Positions 21,800 to 30,298 of a stretch of 41,281 bases of DNA are shown here, piece by piece. Position 1 is the stretch's first letter; the number at the start of each line of letters is the position of its first letter. The stretch lies in IMG/VR virus record IMGVR_UViG_3300020215_000037, positions 1 through 41,281 of that record, one strand, 5' to 3'. Origin of the DNA: a virus. The notes beneath the pieces are model-generated. The model saw nothing but the letters and a program-made list of their open reading frames with translations. It was not told the DNA's origin and did no database searches. Made by a program: the position numbers and the translations under genes.

Positions 21800-22621
21800 A
21801 TGAGTGCAATCTTCAAAAAAAGTGAGTGGGTAAGAGTAACAAAGGCTAATCCATGCCGTGTTTGCAAGAAGGATCATTGGTGCACTTACACGGAGGATGT
21901 CATTTGCTGTATGAGGGTTCAGAGCAACAAGGATCTGAAGAATGGAGGATGGTTGCATAAAGCCTCTGAGGAGTTTTTCCCTAAGTATGAAAAGCCGATT
22001 CGAGAAGAGCCGGAGATTCAAATCGATGCTGGGGGGATGTGGAAAGAATGGGTGCCTGGCACTAAGCCTTCGATGTTGCGGAGATTTGGGGAGAAGCTGG
22101 GGGTTGAGGCTTTAGCTTTGAGTTTTCTCGGGTGTGTGTGGTCTGCACCGAATGACGCATGGGCCTTTCCGATGCGGGACGCCAACAAGAAGATTATCGG
22201 AATCCGGCTGCGTTCGGAGGCTGGCGACAAGTGGGCGGTGAAAGGATCGAAAGCAGGATGTTTTTACACAACCAAGTTGCCCGTCGGCAAAACGCTTTAT
22301 GTGCTGGAAGGACCAACAGACACGGCGGCGGGAATTACGCTCGGACTTACGGCGATAGGTAGACCTTCATGTCTTGGGTGTGAAGCTCAGGTTGTGGAGT
22401 ACGTGAGGCTTAACAAGATTAGTGAGGTTGTTGTCTGCTCGGACAATGACGCCCCCGGATTGCGAGGGGCGGAGAAGCTGCAAGCGGCGCTCAAGGTTCC
22501 CTCCTGCATTTGGGTGCCTCCCTGCAAGGATCTGCGCGAGTTTTTGAGCCTTGGGGGTGATGCGCAAATGATCGACTCGATGATCCGCAATTTAATTTGG
22601 ACACATCCAAAAAAAGCATGA
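21800..22621 (+). CDS. DNA primase (Zn-binding N-terminus plus TOPRIM domain)
   Basis: CRVCKKDHWC...CC zinc motif. TOPRIM motifs are LYVLEGPTDT and VVCSDNDAPG. Confidence 0.75.
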   Translation: MSAIFKKSEWVRVTKANPCRVCKKDHWCTYTEDVICCMRVQSNKDLKNGGWLHKASEEFFPKYEKPIREEPEIQIDAGGMWKEWVPGTKPSMLRRFGEKLGVEALALSFLGCVWSAPNDAWAFPMRDANKKIIGIRLRSEAGDKWAVKGSKAGCFYTTKLPVGKTLYVLEGPTDTAAGITLGLTAIGRPSCLGCEAQVVEYVRLNKISEVVVCSDNDAPGLRGAEKLQAALKVPSCIWVPPCKDLREFLSLGGDAQMIDSMIRNLIWTHPKKA

Positions 22622-22638
22622 TGAAACAATAAAAACCT

Positions 22639-22875
22639 ATGAACGAAACCAAAATGACAAAGCAACAAGTCGGAAAGCTTGGAGGGCTGGCAATCTCCAA
22701 GAACAAGGAGCACATGAGAGCAATAGGACGCAAAGGCGGTCTGTCCTTAAGTCAGAATAAAGAGCACATGTCAGCTATCGGGAAGCGTGGCGGATTAACC
22801 GTTAGTAAAGACCTGGCTTGGATGGCGGCGATTGGGCGTAAGGGTGGATTGGCAAAAAAGAAGGGGCCGCTATGA
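22639..22875 (+). CDS. KGG-repeat (stress-induced acidophilic repeat) protein
   Basis: Four repeats of the type NKEHM.AIGRKGGL (KLGGLAISKNKEHMRAIGRKGGLSLSQNKEHMSAIGKRGGLTVSKDLAWMAAIGRKGGL). Confidence 0.6.
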   Translation: MNETKMTKQQVGKLGGLAISKNKEHMRAIGRKGGLSLSQNKEHMSAIGKRGGLTVSKDLAWMAAIGRKGGLAKKKGPL

Positions 22876-23081
22876 CGAAGGCTGAAGTCTGGCTTGCGGC
22901 ATGGTGTGCGACGAGGCATGCCGGGAATAACTGGTCCGATTGCGCGGAGTCTGCCGACAAATGCGTTAGAGATTTCGAGAAAAGGTTCATACCTGAAAGC
23001 GAATTCGGCGCGGCCTTGAAGAGACCCCATGTCCAACCGCCAAACAATCCATTCTATCCACCAAATCAATGCCACACATGA
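22872..23081 (+). CDS. Hypothetical protein (69 aa)
   Basis: ATGA-coupled to the upstream gene. Confidence 0.45.
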   Translation: MTKAEVWLAAWCATRHAGNNWSDCAESADKCVRDFEKRFIPESEFGAALKRPHVQPPNNPFYPPNQCHT

Positions 23082-23263
23082 CCACGAATCCAACCGAAGT
23101 GGAAGACGTGAAAGACTCCTGCTTTTTGTGTCTGGCAACACCAGAAGAAAGGCCGATTCTCTCAAGAGTATTATACGACCAGGAGGTAAGCATCTGCATC
23201 TCGTGTGAGAACGAGAGGGTGTGGAGTGTGATCCAAAGGGGAGATGGAAAGGCGGAGGGATGA
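23069..23263 (+). CDS. Zn-ribbon-like small protein (64 aa)
   Basis: Contains CFLCLA ... CISCEN. Confidence 0.45.
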   Translation: MPHMTTNPTEVEDVKDSCFLCLATPEERPILSRVLYDQEVSICISCENERVWSVIQRGDGKAEG

Positions 23264-23445
23264 AGATGACCTTAAAACAGCTAATCGGAGTCGTTCTTTT
23301 CTTTGGGCCGATAATTTGGCTGGTCAGCCAATCCGTGGCACATATCCCAAAAGGCGATAGGGTGGAGATGCTTAAGGCTATAGCGGCTGGGTTTGGATTT
23401 ATAGGGATTTTATATATCGGCTCTGAACTGATGCGCCCTCTATGA
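23260..23445 (+). CDS. Two-TM small membrane protein (61 aa; internal start)
   Basis: ATG 23260 is ATGA-coupled. The sequence is MKMTLKQLIGVVLFFGPIIWLV...IAAGFGFIGILYIG. Confidence 0.45.
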   Translation: MKMTLKQLIGVVLFFGPIIWLVSQSVAHIPKGDRVEMLKAIAAGFGFIGILYIGSELMRPL

Positions 23446-23687
23446 CCGCCTACTACGTGACGCCCTACGATTCCCCGGATCGCTTCCTAGTCTTGAAGAA
23501 TATAGGAGAGGGGGAGATAGGCTACTTAGTTCAACTCAATCCTTCAGGAATCGACGAGTGTTCGTGCACATGGGGAGAGATGAATCCGGCACGGAAGGGA
23601 CCCTCAAAACCATGCAAACATATTCGGCAAGTCTTAGCCTGTTTAAGGATCAAGAAAATCATTGCCGAGGAGAAAGGAAAAGAATGA
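23442..23687 (+). CDS. SWIM-type zinc-finger protein
   Basis: CSCTWGE(x12)PCKHI fits the pattern CxCx(n)CxH. Confidence 0.5.
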   Translation: MTAYYVTPYDSPDRFLVLKNIGEGEIGYLVQLNPSGIDECSCTWGEMNPARKGPSKPCKHIRQVLACLRIKKIIAEEKGKE

Positions 23688-23935
23688 GCTACAAGGTCGC
23701 CATTCGTAAGAACTCCACAGGGGAAGTTCGTATCTACGACATGGAATGCGAATGGGATGCAGATGGCTCAATGTTTTCATGGACTGAGGGCAATTATGGT
23801 TGTGACTGCAACCGGGAGCTCTTCTTTGAGCGGGCTAACGGGATTGAGATTCACACCGAGTGGTGCAGCGTCCGAAGGTTCTCGGTTCTCTACGCGCAAC
23901 TTCCAAATGGAGAGAAACTCCCAATTGACCCATAA
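23684..23935 (+). CDS. Hypothetical protein (83 aa; internal start of the track ORF)
   Basis: ATG 23684 is ATGA-coupled to the stop of 23442-23687. Confidence 0.45.
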   Translation: MSYKVAIRKNSTGEVRIYDMECEWDADGSMFSWTEGNYGCDCNRELFFERANGIEIHTEWCSVRRFSVLYAQLPNGEKLPIDP

Positions 23936-23962
23936 ATCAAATTTATAGACAGCGTTCAAACG

Positions 23963-23977
23963 ATAGATTATATCTAT
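23963..23977. promoter_or_regulatory. 15-bp palindrome ATAGATTATATCTAT just upstream of the late operon
   Basis: ATAGAT-TAT-ATCTAT lies 10 nt before ATG 23987, in the 51-nt gap between the replication and packaging modules. Confidence 0.25.
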
Positions 23978-23986
23978 GCGTGAGAA

Positions 23987-26086
23987 ATGTCAGATACCCC
24001 CTCCGATGATTCAGCCAATACCATTATGGGAGATACTGAAGCTCCGAAGCAGAAATCTAAGAGGGGCGGATGGAGGCCGGGAGCGGGGAGGAAGAAGGCT
24101 GCGAGTAATAGGGTGGAAGGTGGTCAATCAAACAGCGCAGGAAATCAAACGGCTTTACGGGAATCAAAGGATTCGAATCAAAGTGCTGAATCAAAAGAAA
24201 TCAAAGGCAGCAAGATAGAGGCGGGTCAATTTGACGTAAGTCCAAATCAACATGGCGGCTCCGTTAGGCAACCATTATGCGAAGGGCGGGAGCAGACCCA
24301 CATCGGGGAGGAAGCCGAATCTTCAGCCGCGGCAGGAATCAGTCTTAGGGAAGCGCTTGGGAGCGACCTTGATGACGGCGAGCTTGATTGTGATGCGGTA
24401 TTTTATGGAGCAGGACAAACTCAGGGTGGCATCAGTGACAGACAAACCGACGGGAACCGAAACGAAGAAGACGGCGGAAGTTCCAGCCAAAGTTCAGGCG
24501 GCAATCGACCTTCTGAAGCATTACACGCTCAAGGCGGGGAGCGAAACGGAGGAAGCAGTATTAGTGGCTCAGAACACGCTCACGACGATCAATCTAGCTC
24601 AGGTAGTCAAAATGGTGGAGACGAGTCAGTTACTTCCGAGCAGCAACGGCAGCTCTTTGACCCCGGCGTCTACTGCTCCCTCTATTGTCGAGAACCGGGA
24701 AGCTGGCGTTACTCCCCGAAACAGCTTGAGTTCTTGCGTTCGTGTCGTGTCGTCGCAGAAGATTTAACGATTAAGCAGGATGACTTCCCTCGCAATATAG
24801 CTTTAGGCGCCGTCAACGGGGTGGGCAAGACCCAGATTATCGCCGATTTGATCCGTTATCTCATGGATACAATCCCTAATTGCGGGGTGGGTTTCACAAG
24901 TCACGTGCAGCGCCAATGTGAGATGTTGGAGAGGTATTTGCAGCAGCATCAACTACAGCCCCGTTTTGCCAATTGGAAATGCGTCTCAGGCAAGCTGGAG
25001 GAGCCCAATGGGAACTTTGCGCGGTGGTTTACCGCAAAGGATGTAGGTGCGGTGGAGTCACTTCATGCCCCCTTCATGGTTCGAATTCTGGATGAGGTTA
25101 AGTCCATGAAGGATGAAATTATTGACGCAACGAACCGTTGGCAGCCGAAGCTTACTATCTTCATATCTTCGAAGGGGCTCATGAGTGGGAGGTTTTACGA
25201 CTGCTTTACGCAGCTTCGACAGTTTTGGCGAACGTTTGAAATCAACGCCTATGATTGTCCATGGATTCCGGGCGCATGGATCGAGGAGCAAGTAGCCACG
25301 CACGGAATCAACTCAGCCCTCGTCAAATCCATGATTACCAACGAATTCTCAGACGTGGATCTTAGGGTTTTGATCACGATTGAAGCGGTTAACGAGATTT
25401 TAAGGCATGAGCCGCAATGGGAAGATGATAGGCAGATTGTTGCGGGCTTAGATGTGTCGGCGGCGAAACGTGATGGTGACGAGTGCGTTATGGTTCATCG
25501 GCAAGGTAATAAGGTCAAAGAGCCTTGGAGTTGCCCGCCTTCAGATAACGAAATGGAAGTTGTAGGACGGGTGATGAACCGGATTAGAGAAGTGAAGCCT
25601 CATCATCTCTTCATTGATCGGGGAGGCTCAGGCGGCCCTGTGGCTGCCCGTATTGCGGAGATCATTGCAGCGGAAAACGGCATTACAACGGTCCATCGCG
25701 TCGGATTCGGGGACAAAGCTAATGACGAGCGGAAATATGCCAGGAAAAACGCGGAAATGTACGGGGTGCTGTCGGCCAAGGTAACTGAGCGCAAGGTTAT
25801 CTTGCCCAACCACGCGAAGCTTATCGGCCAAATCACCTCTCGGCAGTATACGACGAATTCACAAGGGCAGATCGTACTCGAGAGCAAGGAAACCATGCGG
25901 AGACGCGGCGCTAAGTCTCCCGATTATGCGGACGCCCTTGTCATGTGCATGATGGAGCCTAATGCGGCATGGTCAGCGGTGCGAAAGACAAGGCAATGGT
26001 ACGACGATAGCCACGCCAAAGAGCTTAGGAATCGAAACACCAACGGCGTCGGGATGGTGGGCGGCAAATACTTAGGAAGAGGATGA
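23987..26086 (+). CDS. terL: Terminase large subunit (longest form; true start uncertain)
   Basis: Motifs are GAVNGVGKT (Walker A), MVRILDEVKS (Walker B) and GLDVSAAKRDGDECVMV. The nuclease-domain C-terminus reads SPDYADALVMCM. The first ~220 aa are G/S/N/Q/D/E-rich low complexity. Confidence 0.8.
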   Translation: MSDTPSDDSANTIMGDTEAPKQKSKRGGWRPGAGRKKAASNRVEGGQSNSAGNQTALRESKDSNQSAESKEIKGSKIEAGQFDVSPNQHGGSVRQPLCEGREQTHIGEEAESSAAAGISLREALGSDLDDGELDCDAVFYGAGQTQGGISDRQTDGNRNEEDGGSSSQSSGGNRPSEALHAQGGERNGGSSISGSEHAHDDQSSSGSQNGGDESVTSEQQRQLFDPGVYCSLYCREPGSWRYSPKQLEFLRSCRVVAEDLTIKQDDFPRNIALGAVNGVGKTQIIADLIRYLMDTIPNCGVGFTSHVQRQCEMLERYLQQHQLQPRFANWKCVSGKLEEPNGNFARWFTAKDVGAVESLHAPFMVRILDEVKSMKDEIIDATNRWQPKLTIFISSKGLMSGRFYDCFTQLRQFWRTFEINAYDCPWIPGAWIEEQVATHGINSALVKSMITNEFSDVDLRVLITIEAVNEILRHEPQWEDDRQIVAGLDVSAAKRDGDECVMVHRQGNKVKEPWSCPPSDNEMEVVGRVMNRIREVKPHHLFIDRGGSGGPVAARIAEIIAAENGITTVHRVGFGDKANDERKYARKNAEMYGVLSAKVTERKVILPNHAKLIGQITSRQYTTNSQGQIVLESKETMRRRGAKSPDYADALVMCMMEPNAAWSAVRKTRQWYDDSHAKELRNRNTNGVGMVGGKYLGRG
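24252..24767 (+). CDS. terS: Small-terminase-like ORF in the +1 frame inside the 5' part of the terL ORF
   Basis: The N-terminus MAAPLGNHYAKGGSRPTSGRKP resembles typical TerS N-termini. The rest has ordinary globular composition, unlike the overlapping terL-frame translation. Confidence 0.5.
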   Translation: MAAPLGNHYAKGGSRPTSGRKPNLQPRQESVLGKRLGATLMTASLIVMRYFMEQDKLRVASVTDKPTGTETKKTAEVPAKVQAAIDLLKHYTLKAGSETEEAVLVAQNTLTTINLAQVVKMVETSQLLPSSNGSSLTPASTAPSIVENREAGVTPRNSLSSCVRVVSSQKI

Positions 26087-26087
26087 T

Positions 26088-26279
26088 ATGTTGCCCTCAG
26101 CAATCTTTCTGCGATACGGGGTGTACGAGTACAGGTGGCCAGCCTTTAGGCTCTTTAGCCGAATTAAACTCACCTCATCAGCCCTGCTTTTCAAATACGC
26201 TCAAACCATGAGGGCGTTGGATGCGTCCATCCCTGAAGATTGGAAGGGCGAGCCTGAGCCTAATCCGTACCCGTTATGA
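26088..26279 (+). CDS. Hypothetical protein (63 aa)
   Basis: Starts 2 nt after the terL stop. Confidence 0.4.
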   Translation: MLPSAIFLRYGVYEYRWPAFRLFSRIKLTSSALLFKYAQTMRALDASIPEDWKGEPEPNPYPL

Positions 26280-26446
26280 ATGACCCAAAATGCTTCAATC
26301 AGACCTGTAAAGAGCAAGCGACCATGACTTACCACTTCACCGCAGAACAGCGAGTGGAGGTATGTCCCATATGTTTCGACATCCTTTGCCGTCGCTTCAT
26401 CCGTTCACTTATTCCCCAACCCACCCCAAAACAACCCCATGAATGA
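26276..26446 (+). CDS. 56-aa Zn-ribbon-like protein (not in the ORF track)
   Basis: Hand translation: MNDPKCFNQTCKEQATMTYHFTAEQRVEVCPICFDILCRRFIRSLIPQPTPKQPHE. ATGA-coupled upstream. Confidence 0.4.
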   Translation: MNDPKCFNQTCKEQATMTYHFTAEQRVEVCPICFDILCRRFIRSLIPQPTPKQPHE

Positions 26447-26681
26447 CCTAAACGAAGAAGATATGATTGGCTGGAATCGCACGATTAGAGCTGATGATGA
26501 CGTATTTAACTTACGCCCGTTCAATGCCTCAGAGAAGCGGAAGGTGGATATTGCCCTGCTTCGGCTTGAAAGTAAGTACGGGACTAGGCATGCGACATTT
26601 AAGGATCAAATCCGGGCAGGAGCAATGGAGGGTGAAGCTTTGAAGAAGGAAAAGATTGACAGCAAAGACGTTTGTGGATGA
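26439..26681 (+). CDS. Hypothetical protein (80 aa)
   Basis: In late-operon phase, upstream of the portal gene. Confidence 0.45.
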   Translation: MNDLNEEDMIGWNRTIRADDDVFNLRPFNASEKRKVDIALLRLESKYGTRHATFKDQIRAGAMEGEALKKEKIDSKDVCG

Positions 26682-26693
26682 TAGCGGTCTTGA

Positions 26694-28604
26694 ATGGCGT
26701 CGCTTACCAAAGGTAAATACAAGTCATACGATGAAACGATGGAGGCGTTAGACGCCCGTCGGGATTGGGAGAAGCGGATTGCTCAGCTTTACGCGCAGTA
26801 CTACGGGTTAGATCGGCCTGACCTCATGACTTATCCATGGCCAGGGGCGGCGAATCATCGCTATCTCTTGGCGCAGATGACGATCAGTCAGCAGTTGCCC
26901 ATTCGGAACAAGCTGATTCATTCGAGTAAGAATATCACGACCTTAATTGCTCGGAAGAAGGAATTGATTTCTAAGGCCCCCCTCCTCTCTGGCTACTTTG
27001 ATTTTTATACTAAGCAGCGGACCGACTTCGAGAGGCAGATTCAATATGCAGCATGGCAACAGATGCAGAATGGCCTCTGCATCATGAAGACCTTCTTTGA
27101 TTCCAAGAAAAAGAAAATCATCCATGAATCGATTCCAGCAATCTTCTTCATCGTCCCCTCAGATTGTCATGATGTGCATGAAAACCCTTGGTGTGCTCAT
27201 GTTCTGGAAAAATCGGAATCGTGGGTCAAAGAGAGGTTCGAAGAGACGGCTGACAAGGCGCGGCTTCAAGCGTTTCTAAAGAAACACGCAGATGGCACAG
27301 CTTCAGTCGAGGAATCCGACAGCGCGGACTCTGAGAAGCATAGCTATGACCGAATGGGGATTAGTCGCAGTAAGGCCAAGACTCGCTCCATCGTCCTTTG
27401 GGAGAAGCATTTTAAGGACAAGGATACGGGAAAGATGATGATGGAATACATCCTTCCCGATGATCCATCCCTGAAGCTTATTGAGCCCTTCGGATACCCA
27501 TACGAAAGCATGGTGAAGGCGGAGAAGTACATGTTTGAGGCTAGTAAGTACGAGGAGATCACCCCCCACTTCTACAGTTCCCAGGGAATCACGGAGAAGG
27601 CGACAGAGCTTGAATACTCGATTTCGGCCATGTGGCGAGCGCTCCTCAACACGTTGCAGCTCTACTCGAGCCCCGTGTTTTACCCGAACACACCGGATTC
27701 GATGCCGAGCACGACTCAGAACCTTGATTTTGAGCCCGGCTCCATCCTGCCCGGCGCCTTGACTAAGGTGGATATGGGAGAGGTTCCTGTTGAGTTCGTG
27801 GAACAAATCAACTTTCAGCGCGGGATCTTCGAGAGATGGGTAGGTTCCCCTGACTTCGGATTAGGCAAGGCAAACACGCTGGGAGAAGCCAGGACTGCCA
27901 CTGAAGTCAAAGCGATTGCCTTCCAGAATAACCTCAATTCCGAGTCGGAGCTCAACAACTGGAAAATGTTCATCGGCGGAATCATGAAGAAGCAGCTTGG
28001 CTTACTCAACGAGTTCAAGGAGCAAATCGACGAATGGTCTTTCATGACCAAGGAGGGATTTCAAGAGTTCGATAAGCAGTTCCTCTCTGAAGACTATTTC
28101 GTTGAAGTCAACGGCTCGGCGGACGCCCTCAACCGAGAAGCGCAGCTTAATAACGCCATTGCTCTCTTTAACCTCGGGATTTCGGCGAATCAGGCGCAGC
28201 CCAACACGGCCAATATCGTGGAGCTTTACAAGAACGTGGTTGAGAATTCCGAACCTGAGAGAGTCGAACGCTTCGTGATGCAGGATGGCCAGGCGCAGCT
28301 TGATTCCGCTCGTGATGCCTTGCAGGACATGACCAACGCCCTTGTGCATGGGAAGATTGTTCCAAAGCAAGGCGGAGATCCGATGGTCAAGGCTCAGGTA
28401 GCCGTCCAGACACTGCAAAAGCTCATGGCATCCGGCCAACAGCTTGAGCCGGAAAAACTAGCTCAAATCTCTGAGTATATCGCCGCAAACCGGGATCAGC
28501 TCAAACAGACCAATAAGCAAGGGTATGCCCAAATCACGGCAGAGTTAGACAAACTCGATCAGGCGGCACATGCAGCCGTCGGCGCTCAACTGGAGGCAGC
28601 ATGA
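26694..28604 (+). CDS. Portal protein (by size and position)
   Basis: A 636-aa ORF lying after terL and before the scaffold and capsid genes. No specific motif is claimed. Confidence 0.55.
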   Translation: MASLTKGKYKSYDETMEALDARRDWEKRIAQLYAQYYGLDRPDLMTYPWPGAANHRYLLAQMTISQQLPIRNKLIHSSKNITTLIARKKELISKAPLLSGYFDFYTKQRTDFERQIQYAAWQQMQNGLCIMKTFFDSKKKKIIHESIPAIFFIVPSDCHDVHENPWCAHVLEKSESWVKERFEETADKARLQAFLKKHADGTASVEESDSADSEKHSYDRMGISRSKAKTRSIVLWEKHFKDKDTGKMMMEYILPDDPSLKLIEPFGYPYESMVKAEKYMFEASKYEEITPHFYSSQGITEKATELEYSISAMWRALLNTLQLYSSPVFYPNTPDSMPSTTQNLDFEPGSILPGALTKVDMGEVPVEFVEQINFQRGIFERWVGSPDFGLGKANTLGEARTATEVKAIAFQNNLNSESELNNWKMFIGGIMKKQLGLLNEFKEQIDEWSFMTKEGFQEFDKQFLSEDYFVEVNGSADALNREAQLNNAIALFNLGISANQAQPNTANIVELYKNVVENSEPERVERFVMQDGQAQLDSARDALQDMTNALVHGKIVPKQGGDPMVKAQVAVQTLQKLMASGQQLEPEKLAQISEYIAANRDQLKQTNKQGYAQITAELDKLDQAAHAAVGAQLEAA

Positions 28605-29002
28605 ACCTCCTTTTCCGCAAATTCATCATCAAATTAGCCTTAAGCTACGTCCGAGAGCCTGTGGCGTCGTATTACGAGGAAATCAAGTGGGACAATGATG
28701 ATTCAAATGCTCTGAACGATTATTTGAAAAGCGATTCGGGCAAGAAATTTGAAAAGATGATGACTTGGAACAGCAATAAGGTCCTGGGGCGTGTCACTCG
28801 CGCTCAGAAAGAGGAACTAGATGATATTCGAGCCGAATCTAAGGCATGGAGAGCGTTAGGACAGATGCTCACCATGCTTCGAGTGCCAAAAAAGGATATC
28901 AAAGATCTTAGATTGACAGAAAAGCGTTCTGAAGAGATGTTCGCAAAAATGGTGAATAACAGCAGCAGGATTAACACGAACGCCATTTACCAGCGGAATT
29001 AG
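28601..29002 (+). CDS. Hypothetical head-module protein (133 aa)
   Basis: ATGA-coupled to the portal stop. Confidence 0.45.
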   Translation: MNLLFRKFIIKLALSYVREPVASYYEEIKWDNDDSNALNDYLKSDSGKKFEKMMTWNSNKVLGRVTRAQKEELDDIRAESKAWRALGQMLTMLRVPKKDIKDLRLTEKRSEEMFAKMVNNSSRINTNAIYQRN

Positions 29003-29098
29003 TTTCGTTCTTTAACATATTTTTGCGGCAACGGAATAATTACCCGGATGCCGACAGAGCCTGAGCTATAAACTCGGGCGAGTAGCACAGCTTTTATA

Positions 29099-29133
29099 GG
29101 GCTGATTCTCCTAACGGAGGGTCAGCCCTTTTT
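29099..29133 (+). terminator. Rho-independent terminator-like hairpin plus T5
   Basis: GGGCTGA-TT-CTCC-TAAC-GGAG-GG-TCAGCCC followed by TTTTT, between gene 28601-29002 and the tRNA. Confidence 0.6.
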
Positions 29134-29145
29134 GTTGTGCGATAC

Positions 29146-29220
29146 CGCGGGATAGGAAAGGAGTAATCCGTCTGCCTCATAAGCAGAAGATCGCTGGTGC
29201 AAGTCCGGCTCCCGCAACCA
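29146..29220 (+). tRNA. tRNA-Met (anticodon CAT), initiator-like, CCA encoded
   Basis: Hand-folded cloverleaf: CGCGGGA TA GGAA AGGAGTA ATCC G TCTGC CTCATAA GCAGA AGATC GCTGG TGCAAGT CCGGC TCCCGCA A CCA. It has the C1xA72 mismatch and the CGCGGG.../...CCCGCAACCA ends seen in bacterial tRNA-fMet. Confidence 0.75.
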
Positions 29221-29327
29221 ATTTCGAGTTTGAGGATTGGCCCCCTCGACTCGCAGCAGTGGCCAACATCAACGGACGCTTCGGGGTGACTCCTTAAGCG
29301 TAAACGTCAGTAAGTCAAAAACATCAA

Positions 29328-30251
29328 ATGGAAACTCAATTCAATACGTCGGATGCAGGCGGGTCAATCGATCTGCTTGAGAACGATGCAATCCAAAATG
29401 ATACCCCCGCGAATAACGGAGACGATCGCGGCGACTCCAATGAACCAAATAACAACCAATCTCAAACAGGAGATACGAAACAGGCCGATAGTGCGCCGAT
29501 TTCAAAGGTAGACGACAAGCAAAAAGACAATCAGAACCCTGACCAAAAACCAAAATTCCAAAGCAGAGGGGAGAGACGGGAGCAAGAAATCAAAACCATG
29601 CTCGCTGAAGTTAAGCGCGAGCGTGAGGAGTTCCGCAGGGAGCGCGAAACTTGGTCCCGCAACAGTCCTCAAAATCCCAACCAAAATCAGCCTCAAGAGC
29701 CTGTGTTTGTGGAGCAGCCTAAGAAGCCCACATGGACCCGGGAGCAACTTACTGCCGAGTACGCGAAAGCGAAGGCGGCGGGAGACGAGGTGACCATGCA
29801 GGCGGCTCAAAATGCCTTCGCTGAATGGGATAAGTACGAGACAGACCTGAAGTTTTGGAGGATGGAGAATGGTCAGAAGGTGGAGCGATTCAACACCGCT
29901 AGAAGGCAGAATTGGAATAAGGCACTGGAAAGATTTCCAGACCTTAAGAATGCCGATAGCGCGTTATATCGTGAGGCAAAGAGCCTCGCTCAACAGTTCC
30001 CTGAGGTGCTTCAGCGCATGTCAGGCGATGGGGAGTATCTGATTGCACAGCTTGCCGGGATGCGGATGGAACGCAGGAATCATACCTCTGAAGTCGGCGC
30101 ATTAAAGGAGCAGGTAAAGAAACTTACCGAGCAACTTAACTCGACGCAGAAACGAATTCAGCCCGCAAGTCAAGGCGCGGCTCCAGTGGTAGCGAAGCCC
30201 GGAGAGGGCAAAACGCCCTTGGAGAGACTCGAAGCAAAGCTCGCGGCATAG
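29328..30251 (+). CDS. Scaffolding protein (by position and composition)
   Basis: 307 aa, highly charged, with a Q/N/E/K-rich coiled coil. It lies immediately upstream of the capsid gene. Confidence 0.45.
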   Translation: METQFNTSDAGGSIDLLENDAIQNDTPANNGDDRGDSNEPNNNQSQTGDTKQADSAPISKVDDKQKDNQNPDQKPKFQSRGERREQEIKTMLAEVKREREEFRRERETWSRNSPQNPNQNQPQEPVFVEQPKKPTWTREQLTAEYAKAKAAGDEVTMQAAQNAFAEWDKYETDLKFWRMENGQKVERFNTARRQNWNKALERFPDLKNADSALYREAKSLAQQFPEVLQRMSGDGEYLIAQLAGMRMERRNHTSEVGALKEQVKKLTEQLNSTQKRIQPASQGAAPVVAKPGEGKTPLERLEAKLAA

Positions 30252-30298
30252 GATTCAGTTCGGCGGTGGGGTGTGCGCTCGGTTCAACCAAATAACAT

